NCBI GenBank assembly: GCA_976551045.1
Contig: CDPCPM010000063.1
Location: 18,786,001 to 18,850,000, forward strand
DNA length: 64,000 nt
Reading direction: 5' to 3'
Origin: Glaucostegus cemiculus
Lineage: Eukaryota
Shown: positions 51,241 through 64,000 of the stretch, in pieces
Position numbering within the stretch: the stretch's first letter is position 1
Layout of the letters: every line of letters begins with the position of its first letter
Program-made: the position numbers and the translations under genes
The notes under the pieces: model-generated
Told to the model about the DNA's origin: nothing
What the model saw: the letters and a program-made list of their open reading frames with translations, nothing else
Databases searched by the model: none

Positions 51241-53619
51241 CTCCAAGTCATTGGTCTTTCAATGCTTTATACTTTACTACGTAATGCTGAATGGGTCAGA
51301 GTTGAAGACTCTGACCCATTCAGCAGAGCTGGGATAGCACATCCACCTCCAGTAAATGGGTGCCATTGGCATCAGTGTTTTGCCCTGGTCACATGAGCTG
51401 TGATTTTCACAGGATATCTAATCCCTGGGTGCCAGTCTCTGCACTGGTGTTTAGAAGGGATGAAACACCTCACAGTGCCTCCTGTGGAGAATATGCTCTC
51501 CCTAAGGGTCTTCTTTGGCAGTTTCTGGAGAAGATTCTTGTTGTTATATAGAGGTGAGAAAAGAGGCAGGATGATAGTGATAATCTGCACAGTCCCCCAT
51601 GATCTTTTTGACTATACAGGTTGAAAATTAATTTAAAGCAATTATCTTCCCCAGAAAATCTACCAATTTTACCATCTCCAAATCACTAGCTCTTGATGTC
51701 CCACTATGCCTCATAATCCATGTGAGTCAGGAAGCTTGATCTTGGGTGATCTCCTTAGTCTCTTCCCATGGTGTTGGCTCTTACATTGTCCTGTAGAATA
51801 AGGACAGTGTTTTGTCAGGCCACTGGCAAAGCAATTCTGTGCATAGCATTTCTGCAGCTGTGGAAAAGGTGCAGGAGCAAAGTACTGAAAGAACAAGGCG
51901 GTGTTGAATAGGTGGTATTTGACCTGATCATGAATTGAGGAGGAATCATGTAGGAATTGCAGGATTTTTGTTCTGTACAGGGTGAGAATGGGCCCAACAG
52001 CGGGTGTGGTGTAGTGAGCACCCAGCACATGCCTATTGTTTAGAAGAGAGACTCCAAAAAGGTACAGTGTACTGAGGAATATAATAACACTGAATGGTGA
52101 AGGGGGAAGGAGATCAGATGCATGGAAAAAATGCATTATGAAGGATGGGACTTACCTTAGCTGATCCTCGGAAGACATTGAACCTCTTCCTGCCCCATAA
52201 TCCAATCCATGGGTGATGTTCCTGCAAGTCCTTTCAATTCTCACCTCTCTCCAGACTACCTGTAAAACCATTGAGCATTTTCTCGTTCCTGACTCTGACC
52301 TCTGGTAACATCAGCACCAGGGTGATGAAGGGGAATGTGGGTTAACCTTTCCCCAGCCTTCTAGCTATCAGAAATATCCAACAACTTCATAGTGGGCATA
52401 ACAGAGTGTTTTAATTCAGTAAATACAATCTTCATTCAAGAAGTGAATTTGCATGTACATATGCTGCCCTAGTAGTGAAAAAGTGGTGATCCATTGCTGA
52501 TAGGATATACTAGCCATGCCAATCATATGAGCAGGAAGCCTGGCAGATAAAATCATCTGGTCCTATGCTAATGACAGCACCCAGCAGCATTCACAAGCGT
52601 CATTCTGAAGTTCCTTTTCATGTGATCAGATTCTGAGCTTGAGTTGTGAGCACTACAATGTAAAATAACAGTTTCTCTATTGCCCTCACTGAGGCTAGAG
52701 AATAAAAACACATTGCGGGTAATTAATTTTATCTTTGGGCAATTAAAATTGAAGACATTGGATCATTTGTCCATCATACATTTCTCCTGTTTCTCATTTC
52801 CATTCAAGCCAAAGGCAAAATTAGCCCATTGTGCTTTCTCCACAGCTTTCCCTAAGGGATCCCTGACACTATTCAGTTGGTGAAATATTTTCTAGGTAAA
52901 TATTGTGCCTTTATATTTGAATTCAAAAAAAGGAGAATTGAAACACAATTGTACTCAAGCCTGTTATATTTTTTTCTGTATTGATTATTTTTCCTTGTAG
53001 TATCCAAACCAGAAATTGATGAGATGTATATATACAAGCCTCAGCTTCTACTGAATATATTCCAGGTATAGTTTAGAAACACAACCTGTATAGTAAATGG
53101 AAAGCAATGAATAATGTTAAAATGATTATACAATAAAACAAAATATGAAATTATCTTTATTATAACTATTTACTAGAGCTTGTTTTGTGCCAAACCTGAT
53201 TGTACTTATACCATAAATATCAGACAAGTAGATTTAAATTAAATTATTATTTTCTTCTTTTATAAATTAAATTTCAGATGATGAAGGTTTCCTAAGTATG
53301 CAGATTATCAATAATGAATTGTATCTTTACCGCTTTTCTGATTGTTACAATTTATTATTAATGATGCATCGGTCTATTACTTCACTAATTTGCTTCACAC
53401 AACAAAATCACAATTTATAGTTTGATATGCCAGTGTAATAAAATCGTGCTGATCAGTATTAATACAAATGCTTTAATAGAATTATAACTTTGCTCTCCCC
53501 ATTCTTTTAATGGTAGTTTTAATCTGCTTATTGTAGCTTTTCCTTTGTTAAATGATAGATAAATTTTGTAAAAATGCATCAGCCAATTACTGATTTCCTA
53601 AAAAAAAGGATGCCATGTA

Positions 53620-54712
53620 AAAGGTAAGCACACATGGGGTTGGGGGTAATGTACTGATGTGTACAAGTGATTGGCTAACTAACTAAAAGCAGAGAGTTAG
53701 GATAAATGGGTTATTTTCAAATTCACAATCTGTAAATTGTGGGTTGCCACAAGGATCAGTGCTACAGCCTCAGCTATTTACAACCTATGTGAATGAAAAG
53801 CTTGAGGGAACTGACCTTATTACAGCCAAATTTGTTGTAGGATGGCAAGATGTGAGGAGGATACAAAAAGCCTGCAAAGGGATGTAGATAAGTTAAGTGA
53901 ATGGGCAACAACTTAGCATAAAGGAATATAATGTGGTAAAATTTGAGATTATCCACTTTGGAAGGAACAATGAAAAAAATTATCTAAGTAAAGTAAGGCT
54001 ATAAAATGTGGTAAAAAGCATTTGTGAACCTTGGTGCATGAAACACAAAAGGTTGGTGTGCAGAAACAACTGGTAATTAGAAGGCTAATAGATTATTGAC
54101 TTCATTACAGAGGAAATGAAGTATAAAGTAGGAAAGTTTGGATGCAATCTTACCGTGTACTGGTGAGCTCACACTTGGAATCTTGCACAGAGTTTTGCTC
54201 TCCATATTTACAGATACATTTATATTTGAGGCAGTGCAAATAAAGTTCAATAGGTTGAATTCTGGAATGAAGGATTGACAGTTGAAGGAAGGTTGACCAA
54301 GCTGGGCCTTTGTTCACCGTAGTTTAGAAGAATGAGGGCCAATCTTATTGAAACATATAAGATTTGAAGGGTTATTGACAGAGTGGATGCCGAGATGTTT
54401 CCCCTAGTATGGGGAACAGTTTCAGAATAAGGGCTCAGCCAGTTATGATGGAGATGAAGAGAAATTTCTTCTCTCAGATGGTCTTGAATTTTTAACATTT
54501 TCTACCCCAGCGAGCTATGGCGGTAAAGGCATTGCATATATATTTCAAGCTGAAGAGTGACAGACATTGGAACAATAAAGAAGTCATGGGGAATGGGGAG
54601 AGAATGGGAAAGTGATTATGAAGCCAAGGTTGGAGGAGCCATGATTTTACTGAATGTTGGAAAAATCTCCAGGGGCAGATGGGACTGTGCTTGATTCTGT
54701 TTCTTATGCTCT
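53620..54712 (+). mobile_element. Old CR1 3' part
   Basis: GLPQGSVL.PQLF, IHFGRNN and tail tctgtttcttatgctctt. Confidence 0.85.
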
Positions 54713-56786
54713 TATTTTGAAATGTTCCTGTTCCATATCACAGTAGCAAACTAAAATACACTTGTTTGCTTTTATGTTGGCCTGCTTCATCTTAGAACTT
54801 CATTTTCTTTTTATAATAGCATTGGCAGTGAGTTCTGGTTACCAGTTTTTATCATGTCAAGGTAAAAAGTAGAATGGAGAAGACAACAATCTTTGTTCTT
54901 GTTCAGAATTGTTTTGTTATTATAGCTTTGAAAGATCTAAATGGTTAAAACTATGAATTCAAGGGTTGTACCAACCATATGGTGGAATACATAACAGTAA
55001 GACAGTGATGGTTACACACTACAGAACAAAGAACCTTTATTGATGTATTTGTTATTTGGGAATTGCACTGTGTCTTTGTTTAGATCTGCCATTATACACC
55101 AGTAACTGTGTTTTACTATACTGCAATAGAATACTTCCATATGAGCTTGTTACCTCCACTGAATTTATGCAATAAAAAGTGTATGATCTGACATTTAACA
55201 CATTCCAATGTTGTTGAAATAAAGTTAAAGTAAAAAGCAGATTCTGTTTAATACACTGGGTGGCTTTCTCATTAATAATTTCCCTTTGGAGTTTGATTTA
55301 GTAAACATTTATCCAACCATCTCAGTGGTTAAAAAGGTATGCTTTCCTGAGGGTGAAATTACATGCAATGAATATAACACATGCACTCAATAATGCAAGG
55401 TACAGAGGAAGGCCAAAAATGTCCAAGACTGATCTGAATCATGGGGATCATTCTCTTTAGGAGATAAAGTAAGCAAATTCCACATCTTCAATATACAGTT
55501 TTCAATAAATATACCATAATTTTGGAGAAAGTTAAATCGCTACTATTGAATGAAGTATACCAAACCAAATGTTTAAACTATGCTACATAAAGTTGAAATA
55601 AAACCAGTATTCTGGTTATATTGGTGCAGAAGTTGATATTACCCACTAGTCTGATCCAAATAAGTTTTGATTAAGTGTGTGGTTTCTTATTGAAGCAGAA
55701 CCACACACAGTAAAATCAAACTTTATTAAGAAACATGCTAGTATCACTGAGGACTGCTTCACTAACTTGTTTAGATTACACCATCCATGGCCACTATGTG
55801 GCTTTCTCAATGCAATTGTCTTTTGGAATCTAATTTAATAAATAACTATCCAACCATCTCACTTAGTTATAAGGATGTTCTCCTGAAAATGAAACCATAT
55901 TCAGTGAATGTAAAGCATGCATCTAATAGGCACAGAGGAAAACCAAATCTGCCCTACTAATATGAGTCATTTCCCCTGCAATTTCCTTCCGTTATCCCCA
56001 CAGCTTCAAACTCCATGATCCATTTTATTTATTGATTGTTAACTCTGCTTTGATATGAATGAAATATCTTAATAATTTTCATGGTGTTTCATGGTGGCAA
56101 TTAATTTAAAACATACTTATATCTCGACACAGCTCTCTGTATACCCCCTCTCATTAGCGGCAATTTTAACCCCAGGGGAAGAGGAAAGGTTCAGATACCA
56201 CTTGGGAGTTACAGGAAGTCATTGGAAGTATTTAAGGAGGCCACATACCTTTGCTTTAACAGTTTTAAATTACTGTTGTCCTAGGTGTTTTAGGGAAACA
56301 GAGTAGAATCCAAAATGTAAGTGCCTTTGCTGTGCTAATGTCAGCCAAGTGAGGCTGCAGGCCCAGTAAGCTTACTTCTGTGTCATTCAATGCAATCAGA
56401 TAACCCCCCCAAAAATCTATCCAGCAGCCGTTCCTAGTAAACAAATCTTCACTCTCTTTTGCAACCTTATATTGCTGGCTGTCAGCTGGGAAACTTACAG
56501 AAAAAAATAGTAAAACCTGTTTAAACACAGCAGAATGACAGGGACACCCATATTCATAGGTTTTCTGTCCATAACTCTATAGCAAACTGAACTGAGAGAT
56601 TAGATTAGGTGAGGTTACAAAGCTGAAACTGCCCTCTCTGCACTTGTCTTGTCCATTTTAACATATTTTGTTACAGGAAAAGCAGAAGGCAAAGAAAAAG
56701 GTAAAACCATCGCTATAATTGATTGTATTGTACACTTTAAATTTTCTAATGAGAACTATTTATTATCATTGATTATCTCTCTTAAG

Positions 56787-57150
56787 TGTGGCACTGTTGT
56801 TTGGCAGATAGAGTTTCTGCATCACAGATCAAGGGACTCAGTTCAATCCTGAACTTTGATGCTGTCTGTATGGAGTCTACACATTCTCTCTTTGACAGCA
56901 GGTGTTTCCCCGGCTCCTCTGGTTTCTTTGAATATGCCAAAGAGACATGCTTGTGGATTAATTGTGTACTGTAACTTACCCCCAGTGTAGGTGAATGGAA
57001 GGAGAATCAGGATGTTGATGGGAATGTGAGACAGTACAAGTTGCAGGGAAATAAATGAGGAATGGGCCCAATGGGAACGTTGTGAGAGCAAGCACAAACT
57101 CAAAGGGCCAAATGACCTTGTACTCTGATGTGAAATAAATGAAATAAATT
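56787..57150 (+). mobile_element. V-SINE-like element
   Basis: gttcaatcctga B-box, ggagtctacacattctc, ctggtttct and a CR1-like tail. Confidence 0.7.
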
Positions 57151-58199
57151 ATGCCTCAGTGCACCTGCCCGTGAGCAAACAAACCAGAGTCAATAACATA
57201 AAAACTGAGAAACATTTAAACAGGGCCATGTTGAGATACAATGTATCTCATGTATTGAGATACAATACATTTTAAACTTACAATAACTAAGAAATATTAC
57301 AAGAATTATTTAGATTTGCTATTAACATTAATTCAGAATAAAGAAGAAGAAATAAAATACAAAGAGATAGGAATAACAGAATGAAAGGGCGAAGCAATCT
57401 ACAGAACTGTTTAAAAATACAACAAAAATACTTTGTGATAGATTTAAAAGAATTCAATGACATGCTATTAAAAGGAAGATCTGAGTACAGTGATCAATTA
57501 CGTGATGAAAGAATGGAAGGAACTAATTAATGGGTATGCAAGTGTGCAGTTCCAGTGCTGGAGGGAACACTTTGTCACTAATCCATTTGTAAAGGTTGCT
57601 ATACCGTCTGCTGTGTACCAGTGGATTCCCATCACTACATATTCACTTCAAAGTGCTTTTTTTGCTCAACATGAGCTGCATTTTGGCTGACATTAAATTG
57701 TCAAATTGCAGAATTGCTGTAAATATCTTTGTCTTTGTGCTGAAACAAATATGATTAAAATTAACTAAGTAAGTGAATCAAGGGTCATGTTTATGGATAA
57801 TATTTGTTTTGATTTTATGATAACAGGTATCTATCTGCTGAGTGCTTTATCTAAGACAATTCATTTAATACAGCATTTATATCTCAGCTTCATTTACTGA
57901 ACCAGTTTTCAGCAGGAATGAAAAAGAGCAAAGTTGCTACATTTAAAATTAGTGATCTATGCCGATGATAAATCCTGCAACAGAAGAAGGAAGTCACAAA
58001 GTTGGCTTGAAAGCTGGGAATCAACAGAAGCAAGAAAAAGGTCAAGATATCAAGATTATAGGATTATTTTGGCAAAATAGTGAAAATGGTCACCAACTGG
58101 TTACAGTGCTCCAGTTTGAAAATCTGGGTAACGCACAATTTTTATTACTGATTAATGCCATTGGGATTTTGCCAGTGGAGATGGATGGATGGATGTTAC

Positions 58200-58730
58200 A
58201 GAGCAGTGATTTTGGGTGAAAGGTGAAGGGAAACCAAAAGGTTTAGAGGAATATCATGCAAGTTGGTAGGAGATTGTGCAGTTTTGTGACTGATTGTGGG
58301 ACTCAGATGAAGGTGGGAGATCATAGGGCCATGAAGGGAGGGTTATGATGGTGCTTAATAGGATATTGGAGTCTAATGAGAGATCACTGGTAGGGGTGAG
58401 GAGATTCGGTCAGGGGAAAAGGGACTTTTTGAAGCTTAAGTGGATGATGGGATATAGTAAAGATTAGAAGAATTGGAGATTATCCAGTAATTGTCGAGGT
58501 TAGGAGAGATTATTGAGGTAATGGGTGGATTGTTGAGGCTGGAAAAAAACATATCAATTTATGGGACTTCACAAAGGTCAGGGGGATATCATGTGGAATA
58601 GAAGAGATTGGAGGTTGAGAGAGAGTGTGGAATATCTTAGGGAGAAGGTCAGTGGGAGATTACAAAGGTTGTGAGGAGATTGTGATGGTGGGGGAAGTCA
58701 GAGTTTGGATTGGGAAAAAGTCAGTAATCT
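58200..58730 (+). repeat. Purine-rich degenerate tandem array
   Basis: Recurrent (g)gagat(t/c) core with G/A-rich spacers. Confidence 0.55.
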
Positions 58731-58933
58731 CAAGATTTGTAAAGAACTTTATTGGCCCCGAAGGAAACTCTTGTGCTTCTTCTAGCCTGAAAACAGTCCT
58801 GTAAATATATGTTTAACATAGCTTCCAACCTTCCCACCTCCTGTTGTTACAAAGGTCACCATAATAGCAGCAAATGAATCCTAAACTCTTTAATCATTTC
58901 AGATCACCTGAACCAGACTCTTATACTAATTTT

Positions 58934-59167
58934 GATAAGATAAGATCTTTATTAGTCACATGTACATCAAAATACTCAGTGAAGTACATCTTTTGCGTAG
59001 TGATTTGGGGGGCAGCCCACAAGTGTCGCCATGTTTCCGGTGCTAACATAACATGCCCATAACTTCCTAACCTATACGTCTTTGGAATGTGGGAGGAAAC
59101 CGGAGCACCTGGAGGAAACCCATACAGACACGGGGAGAACGTACAAACTCCTTACAGACGGTGGCCA
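58934..59167 (-). mobile_element. V-SINE with a Rex1-type tail, 5' truncated
   Basis: gataagataagatcttttattagtcacatgtacatc...gggaggaaaccggagcacc. Confidence 0.88.
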
Positions 59168-59351
59168 CTTTACTGAATGCAGTATACCTAAAATTAATAC
59201 AAACCCAATTTTTTAAATGTGATGAAGGAAGATCAAAAATATCATGTAGTTATTGAGCTTTGACAACAAACCTATACAGATATACAGAAAGATAATGGGG
59301 GTGGTTTTAATTCCCCTACTTGTCAGAAACCAGTTGAGAGGGTGCGAAATG

Positions 59352-59500
59352 GTGACACAAGTTACTGCAGATGCTAGTAATCTGGAGCAACACACCAAAA
59401 GCTGTAGGAACTCAGTAGGAACTCTTGACCCGAAACGTTGACTGTCCATTTCCCTCTATAGATGCTGCCTGACCCATTGAGTTCTTAAAGTTTTTTGTGA
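59352..59500. mobile_element. Short palindromic Penelope-terminus (MER6-like) element
   Basis: acacaagttactgcagatgct...ggaactcag joined to gacccgaaacgttgactg...gatgctgcctgacc. Confidence 0.7.
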
Positions 59501-62149
59501 GAGGCGGTGGAATTGGACTCCCTGGTCCAAGGTGACTCAGTCCTTTTACATAACATATTGATGATGCCATTGAGATTTTCAATTTTAACCTGAATTCTGT
59601 AATGGACCATCAGTGATGGCTTCCCACCTCAAAACCTGCCAGGATCAGGAGCTGGGGCATGAGTTACCTCAAGGTTTTTTTATAAGGTTCCTTGTGGAAC
59701 AGATGATACAAGATTGCCTCTCTATTCCTTGTACGAAACATTGGGCCTTCCCCATTCCTTGACCAACCAGGATTTGTTTCACAGGGTAACCTCTTGCCAT
59801 CTAATGTTTATGGCTGGAAGCCCTTTTCTGCTACTTAGCTATCCCTTTTGAAGTTATCAATAGGCACAGGCTAAAATTTATCCAATATACTTGTCCGCTG
59901 CTACTGCTGGACATTAAACTGGGGAACTCTATAGAATAAGAATAGAATAACTCTTTAGATGCATAGAATCTCAATAATTTCAGAAGAGGGGAAGAGGGAG
60001 AATGGTAAGATGAGAAAAGAAAGGAAGGAAAAGTTAACACACAGTAGTTCCCCTCTCCAAAATCCCACATTTGGGAAAATCCTGATTGTTGAGTAATCCT
60101 ATCTTAGTGTAATATTTCCAATCAAAATGATATAATATATCTTAGTTTTGACTTGTAAAAGTATAAATATTCTAGTCACCATCTGCAGCAAACTTCAAAA
60201 TAGTCTTTAAGAATCCATCACAATAGCAGCTGTGTTCAATGAAATCATTAAACTAAAATGCACTTCATCACATCGACTGCCTGAAGGCTGATATTTGAAT
60301 AACTTTTCCACTGTCTTTGATTAAATGTATAAGCCGTTTTAGTTTCCAATTGGGTGACTTTTGTATGGTGGATCAGTACTCCAATATTTTAAAGAACAGC
60401 TTTCAGTTCCTTGGTTTAAAATACCTAGGAGACAATATACGGTATTATAGACTAAAAATCACTTCAGCAGGCATATAAATAGTTCCCAAAGAGTAGACAA
60501 GCATTTTAAACTTTTCCTGTTGATGTAAAATTGTTACCAGAATATTGAAAACTTGCTTCTGCCAGTATTATGTGCAGAAAAATATTGTGGACAATCAATT
60601 GAATCTAAAAGTAGGGGAACTTGATCCTGAGTTATTGTAGAGGAATGCTGCTCTTGAAGGTAGACCAGAGTAGATTGTTCAGGATGAAAATTTAATTATT
60701 CATCAGAAAGGCAAAACATTGTTCAAGTAACAGTGCCAATGGCTGAAGAAAACATTAAATCTTGTGTACATCTTCATTTCCATATTCATGGGCAGAGTCC
60801 AGAGGGACGAAGGTTTCAGGCACATGGGGCACCAACGTCTGCATATACCCTTCCAAGTTCCATAGCATCCTGATTTGGAACTGTCCTCCCGATCCTTGTG
60901 GAACTCTATCCAACAGCACTGCAGGAGCACGTTCACCAGGAGGAAGGTGACAGTTCAAGAAGGTCACTCACCACCACCTTTTTCAGCAAATAGGGATGGG
61001 CAATAAATTCCGGTCTTGTCAGCAAAGCCCAAATACTGAACAAAATGAAAAGAAGGTATTTTCTTCCTCCTTTTCTATCAATAATTCTTTTTAACTATTC
61101 AACAACAGCTGTCTTGGTTTAAATGCAGTTCAATTAAAATCCAAAGCCCTTTATTAGAAGCTCTATTTGTAATTAGTGACCCAATTAGCAAAAACTACAT
61201 TACACAGAGAGAAATAAAAAAAACCTTTCTTCTGAAGCCTGGATCTGGAGTCGCAGCTTGATCGAGATATCATGGTTGTTCAGGAATTTCGAATTCCGTC
61301 AGAAAAACAAGCTACTCTGCTATCTTAGACATTTTGGAACTGCTTTATAACCAATACTGAATATAAAATCAAAGCCAAACAGTTGGATACAAGTCCCATG
61401 TTTGCCATTTACAACCATCTTAACTGAACTCAGCTTGGAAATATTTCACCCAGCTGCTGGTGGTTGTGATTTCTCACTCTCAAATTTTCAGTGTTTGTGT
61501 ACACATCAGTGCTCATTTTTATCTAAAGAAATGGTGTAATATGGGTGCTACTGATTAAGCCACATGTTACCTCTGAATACTTCTCTCCCAGTTTTCATTT
61601 TCATTGCTGTGAAAGTTAAATGGCCCCATTCGCTATTGAGATGAATGGTGTTAGAAATAGGTGTCACATTGAATCAATATTCCTTCAAACTGGTTTATGA
61701 GGAAATTATAGGATGGAATAGTGTAGTGTCTACATAGTGCTACTTATATAAACATTCACACAAATAACTGGAAAAGTCTGTCACTCCCTCCCCTTGACAA
61801 GTAACATTTGGATAAATTTTCCAAATGAATTCAGTAACAAGTAAACCAAGAATGTGATTTTACAATGTGATTACTTGGCATTATTTCCACATAGCGCAGA
61901 GCCCCTGCTTACAATTTCCTGCCATTACTACATAATTGAACACACAATGAACACATCTGCAATACAAAATATAAGTTGTAGCTCCTCCATCATACTGCCC
62001 TTTCTTTTGCGAAACTCGTATACAATGCAAAGTGTCATCTTGGGAAGCTGTAGAATAGACCAAATATAGTATTTCAACTTCAATTCAGCAAGTTCACAGA
62101 TTTAAAAACAGGGGAGTATTCAAGTATTAAACCAAACAACAGCCTAGCT

Positions 62150-62520
62150 AATCAGTTTCAGGTTTCTGTTTCAAGTCCCAATCCAGAGATGCAAAACAAT
62201 CTATCCTGACAGCCCACAACAGTACTGAGGGAGACCTACACTGTCAGAGTTGTTGTATTTTCGAGAAATGTCAACTCAAAAGCCCTGTTTGCTCTCTCAG
62301 GTGGAAGAAATCATTTTAGGGAGTGGAACATTTATTCCTGGTCATTATGTTATCTGGTCAGTATTATATTGTCACATGCGGGACTTGTTGTATAAAACTG
62401 GTAGCCTATTTTCTGACATTACAACATGGACTACACTTCAAAATCACCTTGTCAGCTGTAAAATATTGGGACACCCTGAAAGGGATGTGAAAAGCATTAT
62501 ATTGATGTAAGCATTATTTT
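62150..62520 (+). mobile_element. DeuSINE (SacSINE1/AmnSINE-like)
   Basis: ttcaagtccca head, cagtactgagggag...cactgtcagag...ctctctcaggtgga core, and tail ctacacttcaaaa...gtgaaaagcattatattgatgtaagc. Confidence 0.7.
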
Positions 62521-64000
62521 TTTTGTATATTCCACTGAAGTCAATATGACACCACAACAAACTCAATAGCTTCAGTATCTCTGAATACTTCATCAATCTC
62601 AGAAACTGAAGTGAATCAGCCAAATAAATACCATACTAGCTCCAGTCAGATAGAAGGAGTTCTGCAATAAATGGCTCACCTCCTGACTCGCTCCTCTGCC
62701 TCCACTGTACAACAGTTTAATGGAATATTCTATATTGTTTGGACATGAGCACTCAAAGGAGTTGAAATTTTGGTTATTGTCACTGAAAAGGCCTTTGGAT
62801 ATTGATTTCTAGGCATATATTCAAGAAAGCAATTATTCAGATGTACAAATCTCAGTGTAGGGAATGCTCGGGAAAATAAAAGCGAATGATCATTCCACAA
62901 AGTTCAACACTACACAGGACGGTGCAGTCAGTGTTTAGCATTCCATCCACCAATGTAGCATCAGGAGGACTGAGGACACTCAAGACAGGAATCAATATAT
63001 TTTTGAACATTAAAGGGATCAAGGGATATAGAGTTAGTAATGGAAAAGAAAGTGGTGTTGAGATAAAAGATAGACCATCATTTTATTGCATGGCAGGGCA
63101 GGCAAAAGTGGCCAAATGGCCTATTTCTGCTTCTATTTCTTCTGTTCTAAAGGAAATTAAACACATCACTTACGTGTACATAGTTTTAATTTGGTTATTG
63201 GATGTAAAGTGGAGGTCAGATGCACTGCCTTCAGGCCTGCAGCTCAGCCCTGATATCTGAACTTCAATGTTCAGGCATGGAAGTCAGGGACAAGCTGACC
63301 AATAACCCTCAGTTAGCTTGGAATTCTTTACAGAGATTCCAGCCACAGATCATTATGTTCTGGTTCATCAAAACCTGCTTTGATTACATGTTTGCCAACA
63401 TTTCTGTCATTGATCAGTTCAGACTTTAATACCTTTAAGATTTAAATTTGGACTATCACAGTCCAATCAATTGGAAAGGAATATTTCTGAGCCTTCAGGT
63501 TATAAACAATTGTGTAAATTTAACAATAAAGACCAGAGAAGTAACTAGCTCTCTAATGTATGATTTAAACTAAAACTTGTGCTGACATAATTTTCCTCTT
63601 AACTCATGACAATATAGTGTTTTGTATAACAGAACTGCATATTGAGAATTCAGTCACACACCCAAATGACAAGCACCATAAATTTCCATACATTAAAGTT
63701 AATGAATGTAACCATCATGCAAGGAGTCATAAAGTTCTTATTATCAAACTGGCTTGAACCAGGCCTTATGCAGGACAAGCAGGGAACAAACACTGGAACA
63801 AATAGGAACAGAGGAAGATAGGGACAGAAGTTAACTTCTCAAGCCTTCTACCATTCATGCAGAGCATGGCTGGTCCACGTTGTAATTCTGTGTAGTAATT
63901 TTTATCCAATATCCTTTAATAACTTCATTTTACTAAAAGTCTTGAAATCTCAGATGTAAAACTAACTACTAACTAAGCACTTATTGCTATTTACAGAAAT

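Noticed and set aside
58200-58730. Repeated GGAGAT cores with spacers, superficially CRISPR-like
   Set aside because: The repeats are short and irregular, the spacers are low-complexity, the context is eukaryotic, and no cas genes are present.

Overview
This is eukaryotic, repeat-rich vertebrate DNA. The CR1, V-SINE, DeuSINE, Penelope and Rex1 repertoire points to a cartilaginous fish, probably a ray or shark (inference). The window holds one complete 4-exon gene on the + strand: a DIPK1C/FAM69C-like type II membrane divergent kinase of 416 aa, with CDS exons 25150-25335, 31912-32607, 38416-38580 and 47677-47880, all phase-0 GT-AG, and a CpG-rich promoter. The rest is mostly transposon remnants: many CR1 LINEs (one young), Rex1/Babar and RTE fragments, tRNA-derived SINEs, an internally deleted chromoviral Gypsy element with a 5-bp TSD, a solo LTR, and ERV gag and pol relics. 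The most interesting observations are: (1) minimal type-I hammerhead ribozyme motifs in Penelope-type repeat termini; (2) three elements in which an internal segment is replaced by a piece of another retroelement (ERV gag in CR1, CR1 in Gypsy, antisense Rex1 in Rex1); (3) a possible divergent spliced antisense RNA from the gene's promoter; (4) an in-frame uORF just upstream of the start codon. All family assignments come from motif recognition by eye, not database searches, and many repeat boundaries are approximate.
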